Assembly: GCA_017525455.1 (NCBI GenBank) | Contig: JAFXSS010000152.1 | Coordinates: 649 to 64,648, forward strand | Source: Paludibacteraceae bacterium | Lineage (GTDB): Bacteria; Bacteroidota; Bacteroidia; Bacteroidales; Paludibacteraceae | DNA: 64,000 nucleotides | Reading direction: 5' to 3' | In this document: positions 37,171 through 46,291 of the stretch, piece by piece | Layout of the letters: every line of letters starts with the position of its first letter | Position numbering within the stretch: position 1 is the first letter of the stretch | Notes under the pieces: model-generated | What the model was told of the DNA's origin: nothing | The model's input: the letters and a program-made list of their open reading frames with translations, nothing else | Database searches by the model: none | Program-made: the position numbers and the translations under genes

Positions 37171-37275
37171 TGTCGCTGAAATTTCGTCGTTGCAAAATGC
37201 GCTATAAGTCGTTGATTTGTATTATGTTACAAGCGTCCGGTGTCGGATAAGGTCTAGGATTACCCCGATAAGCCC

Positions 37276-37341
37276 CCGAAATACCTCTGAAAGAGTACCG
37301 AAATACATCTAAAAGAGTACCGAAATGCCCCCGATTATAGT
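37276..37341. repeat. 22 bp tandem direct repeat, about 3 units
   Basis: ccgaaatacctctgaaagagta (37276-97) / ccgaaatacatctaaaagagta (37298-319) / ccgaaatgcccccgattatagt (37320-41). A related ccccgataagcccccgaaata precedes them. Confidence 0.85.
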
Positions 37342-37378
37342 GCACGTTTTGTGTGTTTTGTACTTGTTTTGTTGTCGG

Positions 37379-38200
37379 TTATTTTGCTTTTGTTTCAAAG
37401 TGTTCAATCCGTTGCGAGGCGAGTGCGATCTGTTGCTCGAGTTGGTTGATATCGCGCATGAGCAGTCCGAGTTGGTACGTACGGTCCAGTGCCTGCTTCT
37501 CGCTATCGGCTATGTAATACGCCGCTTTGGCACTGCTGCCGGTCTCGCCGTACAGTTCAACGCGGATACGTTCTGCCAAATGCGATGATACGAAATTGAG
37601 CATCTCCAGAGCCTGATCGCCCTCAATGGTCAGAATCTCGTGCCAGCCCTCTACCTCAAATGCATGATTCACACCCTGCTGCGACACCATCTGCTCGCCG
37701 GCCTTGAGCAGCACCGATGCCTGGTGAATATTTTTGGCACCGTAATAGTAACTCTTCACCAGCGTCTTTCTATCGTCGGATACGTATGCCTGCAGGAAGC
37801 AACGGTTGGTGTTCCAGCCGGTCTGCAGCGTACGGTAGACATAATTGCCGTGGTCCTCATAGTTGTCGTTTTTCTCGAAGCGGAACTCTTTGAGCAGTTT
37901 GTCCGCCTCCGGCAAAAGCGGCTGCAGCAGCGAATCGGCATACCTGAGCGTATATTGCGCCTGCAGATATACAATCGAGTCCTTCAGCGCTTTCGCCTGT
38001 CTGCGTTGTGCAACCTGCTTGGGGTATAGCGAATGGACGGAGTCGATTTGCAGCAGAGCAGCTTCGTAGCGATGCTGCTCCACCATTTGTACAGCAGCGT
38101 CCACATGCGCCTGGGCGGCACGCTCCTGCTTCTGCCTGGCGCAAGATGACAGGCACAATACGGCGATGGACAAAAAAACGATATGTCGATAAGTAGCCAT
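37379..38200 (-). CDS. hypothetical lipoprotein (273 aa)
   Basis: MATYRHIVFLSIAVLCLSSC lipobox. The ATG at 38198-38200 was chosen because it lies downstream of the promoter box. Confidence 0.6.
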   Translation of the reverse strand: MATYRHIVFLSIAVLCLSSCARQKQERAAQAHVDAAVQMVEQHRYEAALLQIDSVHSLYPKQVAQRRQAKALKDSIVYLQAQYTLRYADSLLQPLLPEADKLLKEFRFEKNDNYEDHGNYVYRTLQTGWNTNRCFLQAYVSDDRKTLVKSYYYGAKNIHQASVLLKAGEQMVSQQGVNHAFEVEGWHEILTIEGDQALEMLNFVSSHLAERIRVELYGETGSSAKAAYYIADSEKQALDRTYQLGLLMRDINQLEQQIALASQRIEHFETKAK

Positions 38201-38253
38201 AATACTAACTCGGGTACACAATAACGCCATACCCGACAAAAATATACCGTGTG

Positions 38254-38261
38254 CAAAGTTA
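38254..38261 (-). promoter_or_regulatory. -7 promoter box (TAacTTTG)
   Basis: CAAAGTTA on the plus strand, preceded on the minus strand by a T10 spacer. Confidence 0.5.
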
Positions 38262-38374
38262 CAAAAAAAAAATGAAATATCCTAATTCATACCAATTTAT
38301 ATAGTAAAATGTGACTAAAAATATTATTTTTGCAAAAAAATCGCAGAAAATTTGCATATTTGAGAAAAATTTTG

Positions 38375-38382
38375 TAACTTTG
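38375..38382 (+). promoter_or_regulatory. -7 promoter box (TAacTTTG)
   Basis: ttgTAACTTTGcagcc with TTTGCATAT upstream, about 100 nt before the ATG at 38485. Confidence 0.55.
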
Positions 38383-38484
38383 CAGCCGATTAAGAGTGTA
38401 GTGCGCTTACGGCGGACGTGATTGGCGCGCGAAAACGTGTTGAAGCGAACAACAAAACACAAATTATACAATAAATCAACAAGT

Positions 38485-40176
38485 ATGAAAAAACATTTCC
38501 TAATGTTGACAGTGATTGCTCTGGCAGTCCTGACATCGTGTAACAACACCCTGCCTAATCCTGAGCAGGTAAAGATCAACCCAAGCCCTATGGCTGTAGT
38601 AGGTGACAAAGTAAACGTTGACATCACCGGCACCTTCCCTGAGAAGAAATTTGCCAAGAAGGGCGTACTGGTAGTTACTCCGGTTCTCAAGTATGGTGAC
38701 AAAGAGATCCTGGGCGAGCCTGTAACCTATGTAGGCGAGAAGGCTAAAGAGAACGGTACCCAAGTTAACTACAACGAAGGTGGTACCTACCGTCAGCACG
38801 CTACATTCAACTACAGCGGTGCTATGGACAAGAACACCAAACTCTATCTGCGCTTTGATGCCAAGGTTGGCAAGAAAGAGATTGAGTTGCCGGATATGCT
38901 GATTGCTGAAGGTCTGAACACTACCGCTAAGAACGTAAGCGCACGCGACAACAAGCCGCAGGTAACATCCGACAAGTTCCAGCGCGTTATCCAACAGATG
39001 CAGGAAGCTGACATTTTGTTCCTCATCCAGCAAGCCAACCTCCGTAACTCGGAGACCACCACTCAGCAGATGAAAGACCTTCAGGAGGCTATCAAAGAGG
39101 CTAACGCCAACGAGCGCAAAGCTATCCACAGCCTGGAGGTTGCAGGTTATGCTTCTCCCGATGGCGCTCAGGCTCTGAACGAGAAACTGGCTAAGAACCG
39201 TCAGGACGTAGCTCAGAAGTTCCTGGCTAACAACCTGAAGAAGAACAAAATCAAGCAAGGCATCGAGAGCAACATCACCGCTGAGGACTGGGAAGGCTTC
39301 AAGACCGCTCTGGAGAACAGCAACATCCAGGACAAGGATCTTGTATTGCGCGTTCTGTCGATGTACAGCGATCCTGAGGAGCGTGAGAAACAAATCAAGA
39401 ACATCTCCGCTGCTTACAAGAACATCGCTGACGAGATTCTGCCCGCACTGCGTCGCAGCCGCCTGATCCTGACCACCGACCTGATCGGTAAGTCGGACGA
39501 TGAGATTAAGAACCTGTCGAAGAACGATCCTGCCGCTCTCAACGTTGAGGAGCTGCTCTACTCGGCTACCCTGGCTAAGGACAACGGCGAGAAGATCCGC
39601 ATCTACAAGAAGGCTACCGAACTCTTCCCGAACGACTATCGCGGATTCAACAATCTCGGTATGGTTTATATGGACGAGGGTAACGTAGCTGAGGCACGTC
39701 GCTGCTTCCAGAACGCTCTGCAGATTGAGCCGAACAACCCCGATGTAAACTACAACGCAGGTGTAGCTGCTATGGCTGACGGTGACCTGGCTAAGGCTGA
39801 AGAGTACCTGGGCAAGGCTGCCGGTACACAGGCTAATCTCTCCGCTGCTATGGGTACACTGTACACCATGAAGGGTGACTACAAGAACGCTCGCAGCGCT
39901 TATGGACAGAGTGCTACCAACAACGCCGCCGTTCAGCAGATCCTGGCTGAGGACTACGCTGCTGCCAAGAAGACTCTGGATGCTGTAGCTGAGCCGAACG
40001 CAACAACCGCTTACCTGAAGGCTGTTGTAGGCGCACGCACCAACAACCGTGCTGACGTGCTGAGCAACCTCAAGAACGCTATCGCTCAAGACGCAAGTCT
40101 GAAGGCTAAGGCTGCCAACGACGTTGAGTTCGCCAAGTTCGCTGAGGACGCTGAGTTCCAGGCTATCGTTAAGTAA
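38485..40176 (+). CDS. lipoprotein with an OmpA-C-like segment and C-terminal TPR repeats
   Basis: MKKHFLMLTVIALAVLTSC lipobox. VAGYASPDGAQALNEKLAKNRQDVAQKFL is OmpA-family-like. The C-terminus carries TPR units (YRGFNNLGMVYMDEGNVAEARRCFQNALQIEPNN ...). Confidence 0.7.
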   Translation: MKKHFLMLTVIALAVLTSCNNTLPNPEQVKINPSPMAVVGDKVNVDITGTFPEKKFAKKGVLVVTPVLKYGDKEILGEPVTYVGEKAKENGTQVNYNEGGTYRQHATFNYSGAMDKNTKLYLRFDAKVGKKEIELPDMLIAEGLNTTAKNVSARDNKPQVTSDKFQRVIQQMQEADILFLIQQANLRNSETTTQQMKDLQEAIKEANANERKAIHSLEVAGYASPDGAQALNEKLAKNRQDVAQKFLANNLKKNKIKQGIESNITAEDWEGFKTALENSNIQDKDLVLRVLSMYSDPEEREKQIKNISAAYKNIADEILPALRRSRLILTTDLIGKSDDEIKNLSKNDPAALNVEELLYSATLAKDNGEKIRIYKKATELFPNDYRGFNNLGMVYMDEGNVAEARRCFQNALQIEPNNPDVNYNAGVAAMADGDLAKAEEYLGKAAGTQANLSAAMGTLYTMKGDYKNARSAYGQSATNNAAVQQILAEDYAAAKKTLDAVAEPNATTAYLKAVVGARTNNRADVLSNLKNAIAQDASLKAKAANDVEFAKFAEDAEFQAIVK

Positions 40177-40484
40177 TGTCGGTACTTTTTCCGAAAGTAA
40201 ACAAACCTCGAGAGTGGGACTACCGTCCCATCTACTACGACGAAGAGAAGGAGGCGCGCAAGCAAAAACTTGCGCGCCTTCAGGCTTTGCGTGAACAGAA
40301 AGAGCAGGCAGATAGCGAAAACAAGGATGGCAAGGAGCATGTGACAACACTGCACCGAGGATCGTTTCGCGAAGCACACGAGGCACAAACCAAACTGCGC
40401 ATAGATACCGAACGCAAATCCAAACTGTCGTTCTGGATAGTGCTGCTGATACTGCTGTTCATCGTGTTCTACTGGCTGCTGTAG
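40176..40484 (+). CDS. small tail-anchored membrane protein (102 aa)
   Basis: Its ATG overlaps the upstream stop (TAATG). It has a charged helical N-terminus and a single C-terminal TM segment, FWIVLLILLFIVFYWLL. Confidence 0.5.
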   Translation: MSVLFPKVNKPREWDYRPIYYDEEKEARKQKLARLQALREQKEQADSENKDGKEHVTTLHRGSFREAHEAQTKLRIDTERKSKLSFWIVLLILLFIVFYWLL

Positions 40485-40518
40485 GGTTTGAAGATTTGAA
40501 TGAGAGTTTGAAGATTAG

Positions 40519-42309
40519 ATGGATATAATTCGTCTGTTACCGGATAGTGTAGCCAACCAGATTGCTGCGGGTGAGGTGATTCAGCGTCCGGCATCGTGTC
40601 TGAAAGAGTTGGTGGAGAACTCGCTTGACGCGGGCGCACGTACTATACGTGTGCTGGTCCGCGATGCGGGTAAGACGCTCGTGCAGGTAATAGACGACGG
40701 CTCAGGTATGTCCACCTCCGATGCGCGTATGGCATTTGAGCGCCATGCTACATCAAAGATTCGGGATGCGCAGGACTTGTTCCACCTTCGCACAATGGGT
40801 TTCCGAGGCGAAGCACTGCCGAGCATATGTGCAGTGGCACAGGTCAAGATGACCACACGACGCGAACCGGACGAGGTAGGCACGCTGCTGGAGATTGCAG
40901 GTTCGCAAGTGCAAAAGCAGGAGCCATGCCAGTGTCCGGTAGGCACAAGCATACAGGTGCAGAACCTATTCTTCAATGTGCCCGCGAGACGCCGGTTCCT
41001 GAAATCCGACCAAACGGAACTGCGCAACCTCATAACAACCTTCCAGCACATTGCACTCGTGTATCCGGATGTTGCGTTTACCTTCGCTGCCGACGATGAG
41101 ATTATGTACGACCTGCCCGTCGGCACACTCAAGCAACGCATCGAGGGTGTGTTCGGCAAGAGCAAAAGCAAACTGTTCACATCACAACTGCTGGAGATAG
41201 AACAACAGACCGAACTGGTGTCTATCCGCGGGTTTGTGGGCAAACCGGAAGCCGCAAACAAACAGGCACAGCAACTGTTCTTCGTCAACGGACGCTTCAT
41301 GCGTCACCCGTATTTCCACAAAGCAGTTCTGCAGGCATACGCCGGTATGCTGCCGGCAGAACAACTGCCACCGTACTTTATCTACTTCGACATATCGCCC
41401 GAACTGATCGATGTGAATGTTCATCCTACCAAGACGGAGATCAAATTCGCCGATGAACAATCAATCTTTCCCATATTGTCGGCAACGGTGCGGGCAGCAT
41501 TAGGCAAGTTCAATGTCGTACCGTCGATTGATTTTTTGGGCGGTGATATAGAGATACCTGTCGCCAACGACCAGATGCGCGCCAATGCCAAAGTTCCGCA
41601 AATCCACACCTCGACAGGCTATAACCCGTTCACTCAGGAACGCGAACGTGTCACCCCGCACTGGCAGGAACTTTACGAACCGCTCAAGCACGCGGCGCAG
41701 CAGCCGGCATCTGAGCCTCAGCCTCTTGAGTTGGACGACTGGAACAAATCCCCTCTGCATCCGCAGAGCGTTGCCGGAGGATATATCGTATGCGCAACAG
41801 ACAACGGCCTGATGCTCGTACACGCGCGCCGCGCACATATTACCATCTTATATGACCGGCTCATTGCACAACTGCAGAGCCATCATGGCGTCAGTCAGCA
41901 ACTGCTCTTTCCCGAGCAGCTGACCGTCAGTGCAGAAGAACGCCCTGTACTGGAGACACTGCTGCCCGATTTGCAGCATATAGGATTTGAATTGGAGAAA
42001 GTAGCAGTTAACCAATATGATATAAAAGCCCTACCCTCCGTACTGACCAATCAGAACGCCGAAACATCCATTCGTGCCATCCTTGCCCGCGCAAGCGACA
42101 GCCCGACAGATATCCGCGAAGATATGCAGCACCGCATAGCCCTGACACTGGCTCAAAGCGCTGCTATACCAATGGGCAAAGCTATGAGCGAAGCGGAGAT
42201 GACGAATCTACTAACCGACCTGTTCGCACTCCCCTCATATCGCGTTACACCGGACGGGAAAACCGTAATTACTCTGCTGGATGCAGAGGAAATTGCAAGG
42301 CGGTTTTAG
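40519..42309 (+). CDS. mutL: DNA mismatch repair endonuclease MutL
   Basis: IRLLPDSVANQIAAGEVIQRPASCLKELVENSLDAGA and GFRGEAL GHKL motifs. Confidence 0.95.
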   Translation: MDIIRLLPDSVANQIAAGEVIQRPASCLKELVENSLDAGARTIRVLVRDAGKTLVQVIDDGSGMSTSDARMAFERHATSKIRDAQDLFHLRTMGFRGEALPSICAVAQVKMTTRREPDEVGTLLEIAGSQVQKQEPCQCPVGTSIQVQNLFFNVPARRRFLKSDQTELRNLITTFQHIALVYPDVAFTFAADDEIMYDLPVGTLKQRIEGVFGKSKSKLFTSQLLEIEQQTELVSIRGFVGKPEAANKQAQQLFFVNGRFMRHPYFHKAVLQAYAGMLPAEQLPPYFIYFDISPELIDVNVHPTKTEIKFADEQSIFPILSATVRAALGKFNVVPSIDFLGGDIEIPVANDQMRANAKVPQIHTSTGYNPFTQERERVTPHWQELYEPLKHAAQQPASEPQPLELDDWNKSPLHPQSVAGGYIVCATDNGLMLVHARRAHITILYDRLIAQLQSHHGVSQQLLFPEQLTVSAEERPVLETLLPDLQHIGFELEKVAVNQYDIKALPSVLTNQNAETSIRAILARASDSPTDIREDMQHRIALTLAQSAAIPMGKAMSEAEMTNLLTDLFALPSYRVTPDGKTVITLLDAEEIARRF

Positions 42310-42448
42310 CGGGTAGATATAGCAAAAAAAAGTTAATCGCAATGCAAATTGCGTCTCGAATAGCAAATATTTGCTTTTTCAAAGAAAAAGCCTTTACTTT
42401 GCATTCGTGTTTGATTTTGAAAACAATTAACCCATAAACAATAATATT

Positions 42449-42688
42449 ATGTCTGAAATTGAATCGAAAGTTATTGACATCATCGTTGAGAAGTTAGGTG
42501 TCAGCAAATCGCAAGTTACCATGGAATCGTCGTATACAGCTGATCTGAATGCTGATTCGTTGGACGTTGTAGAACTGGTAATGGAGTTTGAGAAGGAGTT
42601 TGGAATCACCATCTCTGACGATGCTACTCAGAAGATCAGCACCGTAGGCGACACCGTAGCTTACATCACCGAGGCTTTGAATAAGTAA
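42449..42688 (+). CDS. acpP: acyl carrier protein
   Basis: [17 protein letters not shown] phosphopantetheine-attachment motif; 79 aa. Confidence 0.95.
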   Translation: MSEIESKVIDIIVEKLGVSKSQVTMESSYTADLNADSLDVVELVMEFEKEFGITISDDATQKISTVGDTVAYITEALNK

Positions 42689-42699
42689 TCACAGGTTGC

Positions 42700-43962
42700 A
42701 TGGCATTAAAGCGTGTTGTCATAACCGGTATGGGGACCATCAACCCGTTGGGAAACGATGTCGCTTCCACATGGTCGGCACTGATGGCCGGCAAGAGTGG
42801 CGCAGGCCCTATTACACTGTTTGACGCATCTTTGCATCGTTCGCATTTCGCGTGCGAGGTAAAAGGATTTGACGCAAATGCCTATTTTGACTTTAAGGAG
42901 CAACGTAAGCTGGATCGTTTTACAATGCTGGCTTACGTTGCAGCCCTTGAAGCCTATCAGGATGCAGCCCTTCCTGAAACGGAGGATCCGACACGTATCG
43001 GTGTTATCTTCGGTTCAGGCATGGGTGGAGTAAGCACCTTCGAGCAACAGGTGACAGAGCACGAGCAGCAAGGTGACGGCGTACCGCATTATTCACCGTT
43101 TCTTATCCCGCGAATCATCACGGATATAGCAGCAGGATACATAGCTATACGTCTCGGGCTGAAAGGTCCAAACTTCTGCACCACAGCTGCTTGCGCATCA
43201 TCAGCTATAGCATTCATGTCGGCGATGAATCATATTCGTCTCGGCAAGGCTGATGCTATACTTGCAGGAGGTAGCGAGGCAGAGATCTGCTCGATATCCA
43301 TCGGCGGATTCAATGCACTGCGAGCCCTGTCCACACGCAACGATGAGCCTCTGACGGCTTCACGTCCGTTCTCCGCATCGCGTGACGGATTTGTAGCAGG
43401 CGAAGGTGCAGCATGCTTGATGCTGGAGGAATATGACCATGCCATCCGGCGTGGAGCACATATCTATGCCGAGTTGGTAGGTTACGGCTCAACGGCTGAC
43501 GCGTTTCATCTTACTGCCCCCGATCCTGAGGGCGAAGGAGCAGCGCGCGTGATGCTGGATGCCGTAAAGGATGCCGGCATACAGCCCGAGGATATCGATT
43601 ATATCAATACCCATGGCACATCCACACCTATCGGCGACCTGGCCGAAGCAAAAGCCGTAATCAAGGCATTTGGTGAACATGCATTCAAGATGAACCTGTC
43701 TTCCACCAAATCCATGACCGGTCACCTGCTGGGTGCATCCGGCGCCTTGGAAGCTTTGATAACCACCCTGTCGTTGTATCATCAGGTTGTACCGCCTACC
43801 ATCAATCATGCTGAAGGCGACGATGACCCGAATATAGATGCACGGTTGAACTTCACGTTCAACACCCCGCAAGCCCGACCGTTGCGCTACGCACTGAGTA
43901 ACGCATTCGGATTCGGCGGACACAACGCTGCGCTCGCGTTCCGAGCATGGCAAGCCGAGTAG
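42700..43962 (+). CDS. fabF: beta-ketoacyl-ACP synthase II
   Basis: KRVVITGMG, active-site ACASS, NTHGTSTP and GFGGHNA motifs. Confidence 0.95.
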   Translation: MALKRVVITGMGTINPLGNDVASTWSALMAGKSGAGPITLFDASLHRSHFACEVKGFDANAYFDFKEQRKLDRFTMLAYVAALEAYQDAALPETEDPTRIGVIFGSGMGGVSTFEQQVTEHEQQGDGVPHYSPFLIPRIITDIAAGYIAIRLGLKGPNFCTTAACASSAIAFMSAMNHIRLGKADAILAGGSEAEICSISIGGFNALRALSTRNDEPLTASRPFSASRDGFVAGEGAACLMLEEYDHAIRRGAHIYAELVGYGSTADAFHLTAPDPEGEGAARVMLDAVKDAGIQPEDIDYINTHGTSTPIGDLAEAKAVIKAFGEHAFKMNLSSTKSMTGHLLGASGALEALITTLSLYHQVVPPTINHAEGDDDPNIDARLNFTFNTPQARPLRYALSNAFGFGGHNAALAFRAWQAE

Positions 43963-44070
43963 GCTAACCTTTTTAACCTTCATAATCGATACCATGTTAA
44001 ACGCACTTAACAGTGACAAATAGCACACAACTATTGTGCACCCTAACGTTTAACTAAAAATGATACAATT

Positions 44071-44268
44071 ATGAATGTAGAAATGATTGGCGCTAACGCC
44101 GGTAAGATTTGGAATGCATTGCAGAATGGCGCTCTCTCGAGCAAGGCTCTTAAGAAAGCTACCAAGTTGAAAGAAGCTGAGCAGAACCTCGCATTGGGTT
44201 GGCTCGCTCGCGAAGGCAAACTGACCTTCACGGAGCTTGAAGATGAGACCATCATCGCATTGGCTTAA
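44071..44268 (+). CDS. small winged-helix-like protein (65 aa)
   Basis: IGANAGKIWNAL...LALGWLAREGKL is typical of the small wHTH proteins of Bacteroidales. A strong terminator follows. Confidence 0.55.
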   Translation: MNVEMIGANAGKIWNALQNGALSSKALKKATKLKEAEQNLALGWLAREGKLTFTELEDETIIALA

Positions 44269-44281
44269 CCAAACGACACGG

Positions 44282-44320
44282 ATACCCACCTTGGCTTCAG
44301 GGTGGGTATTTTTTTATTTT
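44282..44320 (+). terminator. rho-independent terminator
   Basis: ATACCCACC (44282-90) pairs with GGTGGGTAT (44301-09), followed by TTTTTTTATTTT. Confidence 0.8.
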
Positions 44321-44342
44321 CGATAACCAATAATCGCATATA

Positions 44343-45431
44343 ATGAAACGAAGTTTACTTACTCTGCTATCGCTGATAGCCAGCCTGTGTATCAGTAGGG
44401 CGGACGATACGCTCAATCCTGATTATGAATATGCCGAACCCACAATCGTAACGAACAGCGAGGACATCGGTTCGAATCTGGTCAACTACTCTTTCGTTTG
44501 CAACAATGTGCAAGTAAGCGTTACCAAAGGTGCGCGCTATGCCGCCTACTTCGGAGTGAACGCAGGCGAAAGCATCACGCTGACTGCTACCAAGCCGATG
44601 AAAGCTATAGTGGTGAACGGATATATCAAGAAGGGATTTAGCGCAACCGCATCCTCCGGAGTCATCGTGTATGCCAATGCAGAAGACGACGAGGTGACGG
44701 CAGAGCAAGTAATGGCCGTAACAGACATCCAAACCACAACACTGACTATCAGTTGCGCAAAGCAATTGCGATGTATGGAAATGAGTATATACTTCGAAGC
44801 CAATCCGGAGATCAATATCAACACCGGCGGGGAAGAACTTTATTCCTACTATTGGGAACCGGAAGAGAAAACAACATTTAGTCTTCGCTTCGATTCACTG
44901 CAATATATCGACATGACCGATAATCTCGGCTATCCGTGCACCAGCCTGCTCTTCAGCAGCGAGCAAGCCGAACTGACACTGGCTGTGTTTGCCTCCACCT
45001 GCGAAGAGGGAACGATTCTACCCGCCGGCACATATACGATTGACGATTCGTATACGGCAGGCACCGTTCAGGCTTCACCGGGAGGCGATGAGTATATGGA
45101 CTATCCGTCTTATCTCGCTACCGATTTTGAGATTGGCACGGATGGAAATCTGCTGTACAACCCCTATTATCTGATTGGCGGGACACTGAGCATAAAAGCA
45201 GTGGAAGGCGGAGCAGAGTTTGAGGTGCAGGGCACTACTTATAACGGATCAACAGTCAATGCTTACTGCTTATACCGCGAGCAGCCGTTAGATGATGCCG
45301 TTGAAGATACAACAGTAGCGCCTCGTGCTACCAAAGTGCTGCACGGGGGACATTTGTATCTCCGTCATGGGAATAAATGGTACGGTATAAACGGTGCAAA
45401 AGAACAGGAGCAAATTAAGCAGTCGCGCTAA
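44343..45431 (+). CDS. secreted hypothetical protein (362 aa)
   Basis: MKRSLLTLLSLIASLCISRADD signal peptide and a beta-rich body. The C-terminal KVLHGGHLYLRHGNKWYGINGAK motif is shared with the nuclease at 58066-60087. Confidence 0.6.
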   Translation: MKRSLLTLLSLIASLCISRADDTLNPDYEYAEPTIVTNSEDIGSNLVNYSFVCNNVQVSVTKGARYAAYFGVNAGESITLTATKPMKAIVVNGYIKKGFSATASSGVIVYANAEDDEVTAEQVMAVTDIQTTTLTISCAKQLRCMEMSIYFEANPEININTGGEELYSYYWEPEEKTTFSLRFDSLQYIDMTDNLGYPCTSLLFSSEQAELTLAVFASTCEEGTILPAGTYTIDDSYTAGTVQASPGGDEYMDYPSYLATDFEIGTDGNLLYNPYYLIGGTLSIKAVEGGAEFEVQGTTYNGSTVNAYCLYREQPLDDAVEDTTVAPRATKVLHGGHLYLRHGNKWYGINGAKEQEQIKQSR

Positions 45432-46243
45432 TAATCCACATGCCCGGCTTGTACTGGTGCGCCAAGGAACAACGCAGCAGCATCGGCGAACTTGTCAGCA
45501 TCATCGGTGGTGAGAAAAGTACACTCACCACCTTTTTGTAGCCGTTGCTCAATCTCCGGATGGCGCTGCAGATAATCCTTAAGACTCTGCGCTACAATCT
45601 CTCCTTGAGCAATCGTCCGACAATCAGGTTTACCCAAGCGAGCCAGTTCGTCATTGATGGCCGGTTGGATTAGCGGATAATGTGTGCAACCCAGCAGCAA
45701 CGTATCAATCTCAGGATCGCGACGGATTATATCCTGCACATACTGCCGGATAAAGAATCTCGCTCCCTCGGAATTATGTTCGCCTGCTTCAATCAGGGGA
45801 ACCCACATCGGGCATGCTTGTTGCGTAACGGTAAGGCTATCGTTCTGCTTCTGCAGTTCTATACAGTAACTCTCCGACGCCACTGTTCCCGGAGTAGCCA
45901 GCACACCCACATGTCCGGTCTGCGTCAGCGAGGGCACAACCTCCACTGTCGGACGGATCACTCCCAACACGCGTACTTGCTGCGGATCAATATCATGTTG
46001 CTGAATCGTGCGCAAAGCCTTGGCCGATGCGGTGTTACAAGCCAGAATAATCAGCGTGCAGCCTTTTTGCTGCAAGTAGCGGACAGCCTCCAAAGTATAA
46101 TGGTAGATGCAATCAAACGAACGCGTGCCGTATGGCGCACGGGCATTATCGCCGAGGTAGATGTAATCATACTCCGGCAACTGCTTGCGGATCTGCTTGA
46201 GTATAGTCAGTCCTCCGTAGCCGCTATCAAAAATGCCTATCAT
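45428..46243 (-). CDS. murI: glutamate racemase
   Basis: IGIFDSGYGGLT, LACNTAS and GCTHYP motifs. Confidence 0.93.
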   Translation of the reverse strand: MIGIFDSGYGGLTILKQIRKQLPEYDYIYLGDNARAPYGTRSFDCIYHYTLEAVRYLQQKGCTLIILACNTASAKALRTIQQHDIDPQQVRVLGVIRPTVEVVPSLTQTGHVGVLATPGTVASESYCIELQKQNDSLTVTQQACPMWVPLIEAGEHNSEGARFFIRQYVQDIIRRDPEIDTLLLGCTHYPLIQPAINDELARLGKPDCRTIAQGEIVAQSLKDYLQRHPEIEQRLQKGGECTFLTTDDADKFADAAALFLGAPVQAGHVDY

Positions 46244-46291
46244 AGCATTTACAATTTTGTCATTTACCGTTTAGCCGTTAACCCTTTGGAT

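Noticed and set aside
38500-40386. A 628 aa minus-strand ORF antisense to the TPR lipoprotein gene. Similar long antisense ORFs occur at 11239-13056 (opposite gyrB), 9398-10747, 15353-16357, 22651-23658, 26460-27332, 33810-34685 and 48118-49170.
   Set aside because: Each lies fully opposite a gene with strong, recognisable motifs. Their translations are low-complexity (L/V/S/R-rich) with no motifs, signal peptides or promoter boxes. Long stop-free antisense frames are expected opposite genes with RNY-biased codon usage.
44469-44478. A GGTTCGAATC string resembling a tRNA T-arm.
   Set aside because: It lies inside a well-framed CDS (44343-45431), and no acceptor, D or anticodon arms can be built around it. 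No tRNA genes were found in the window.
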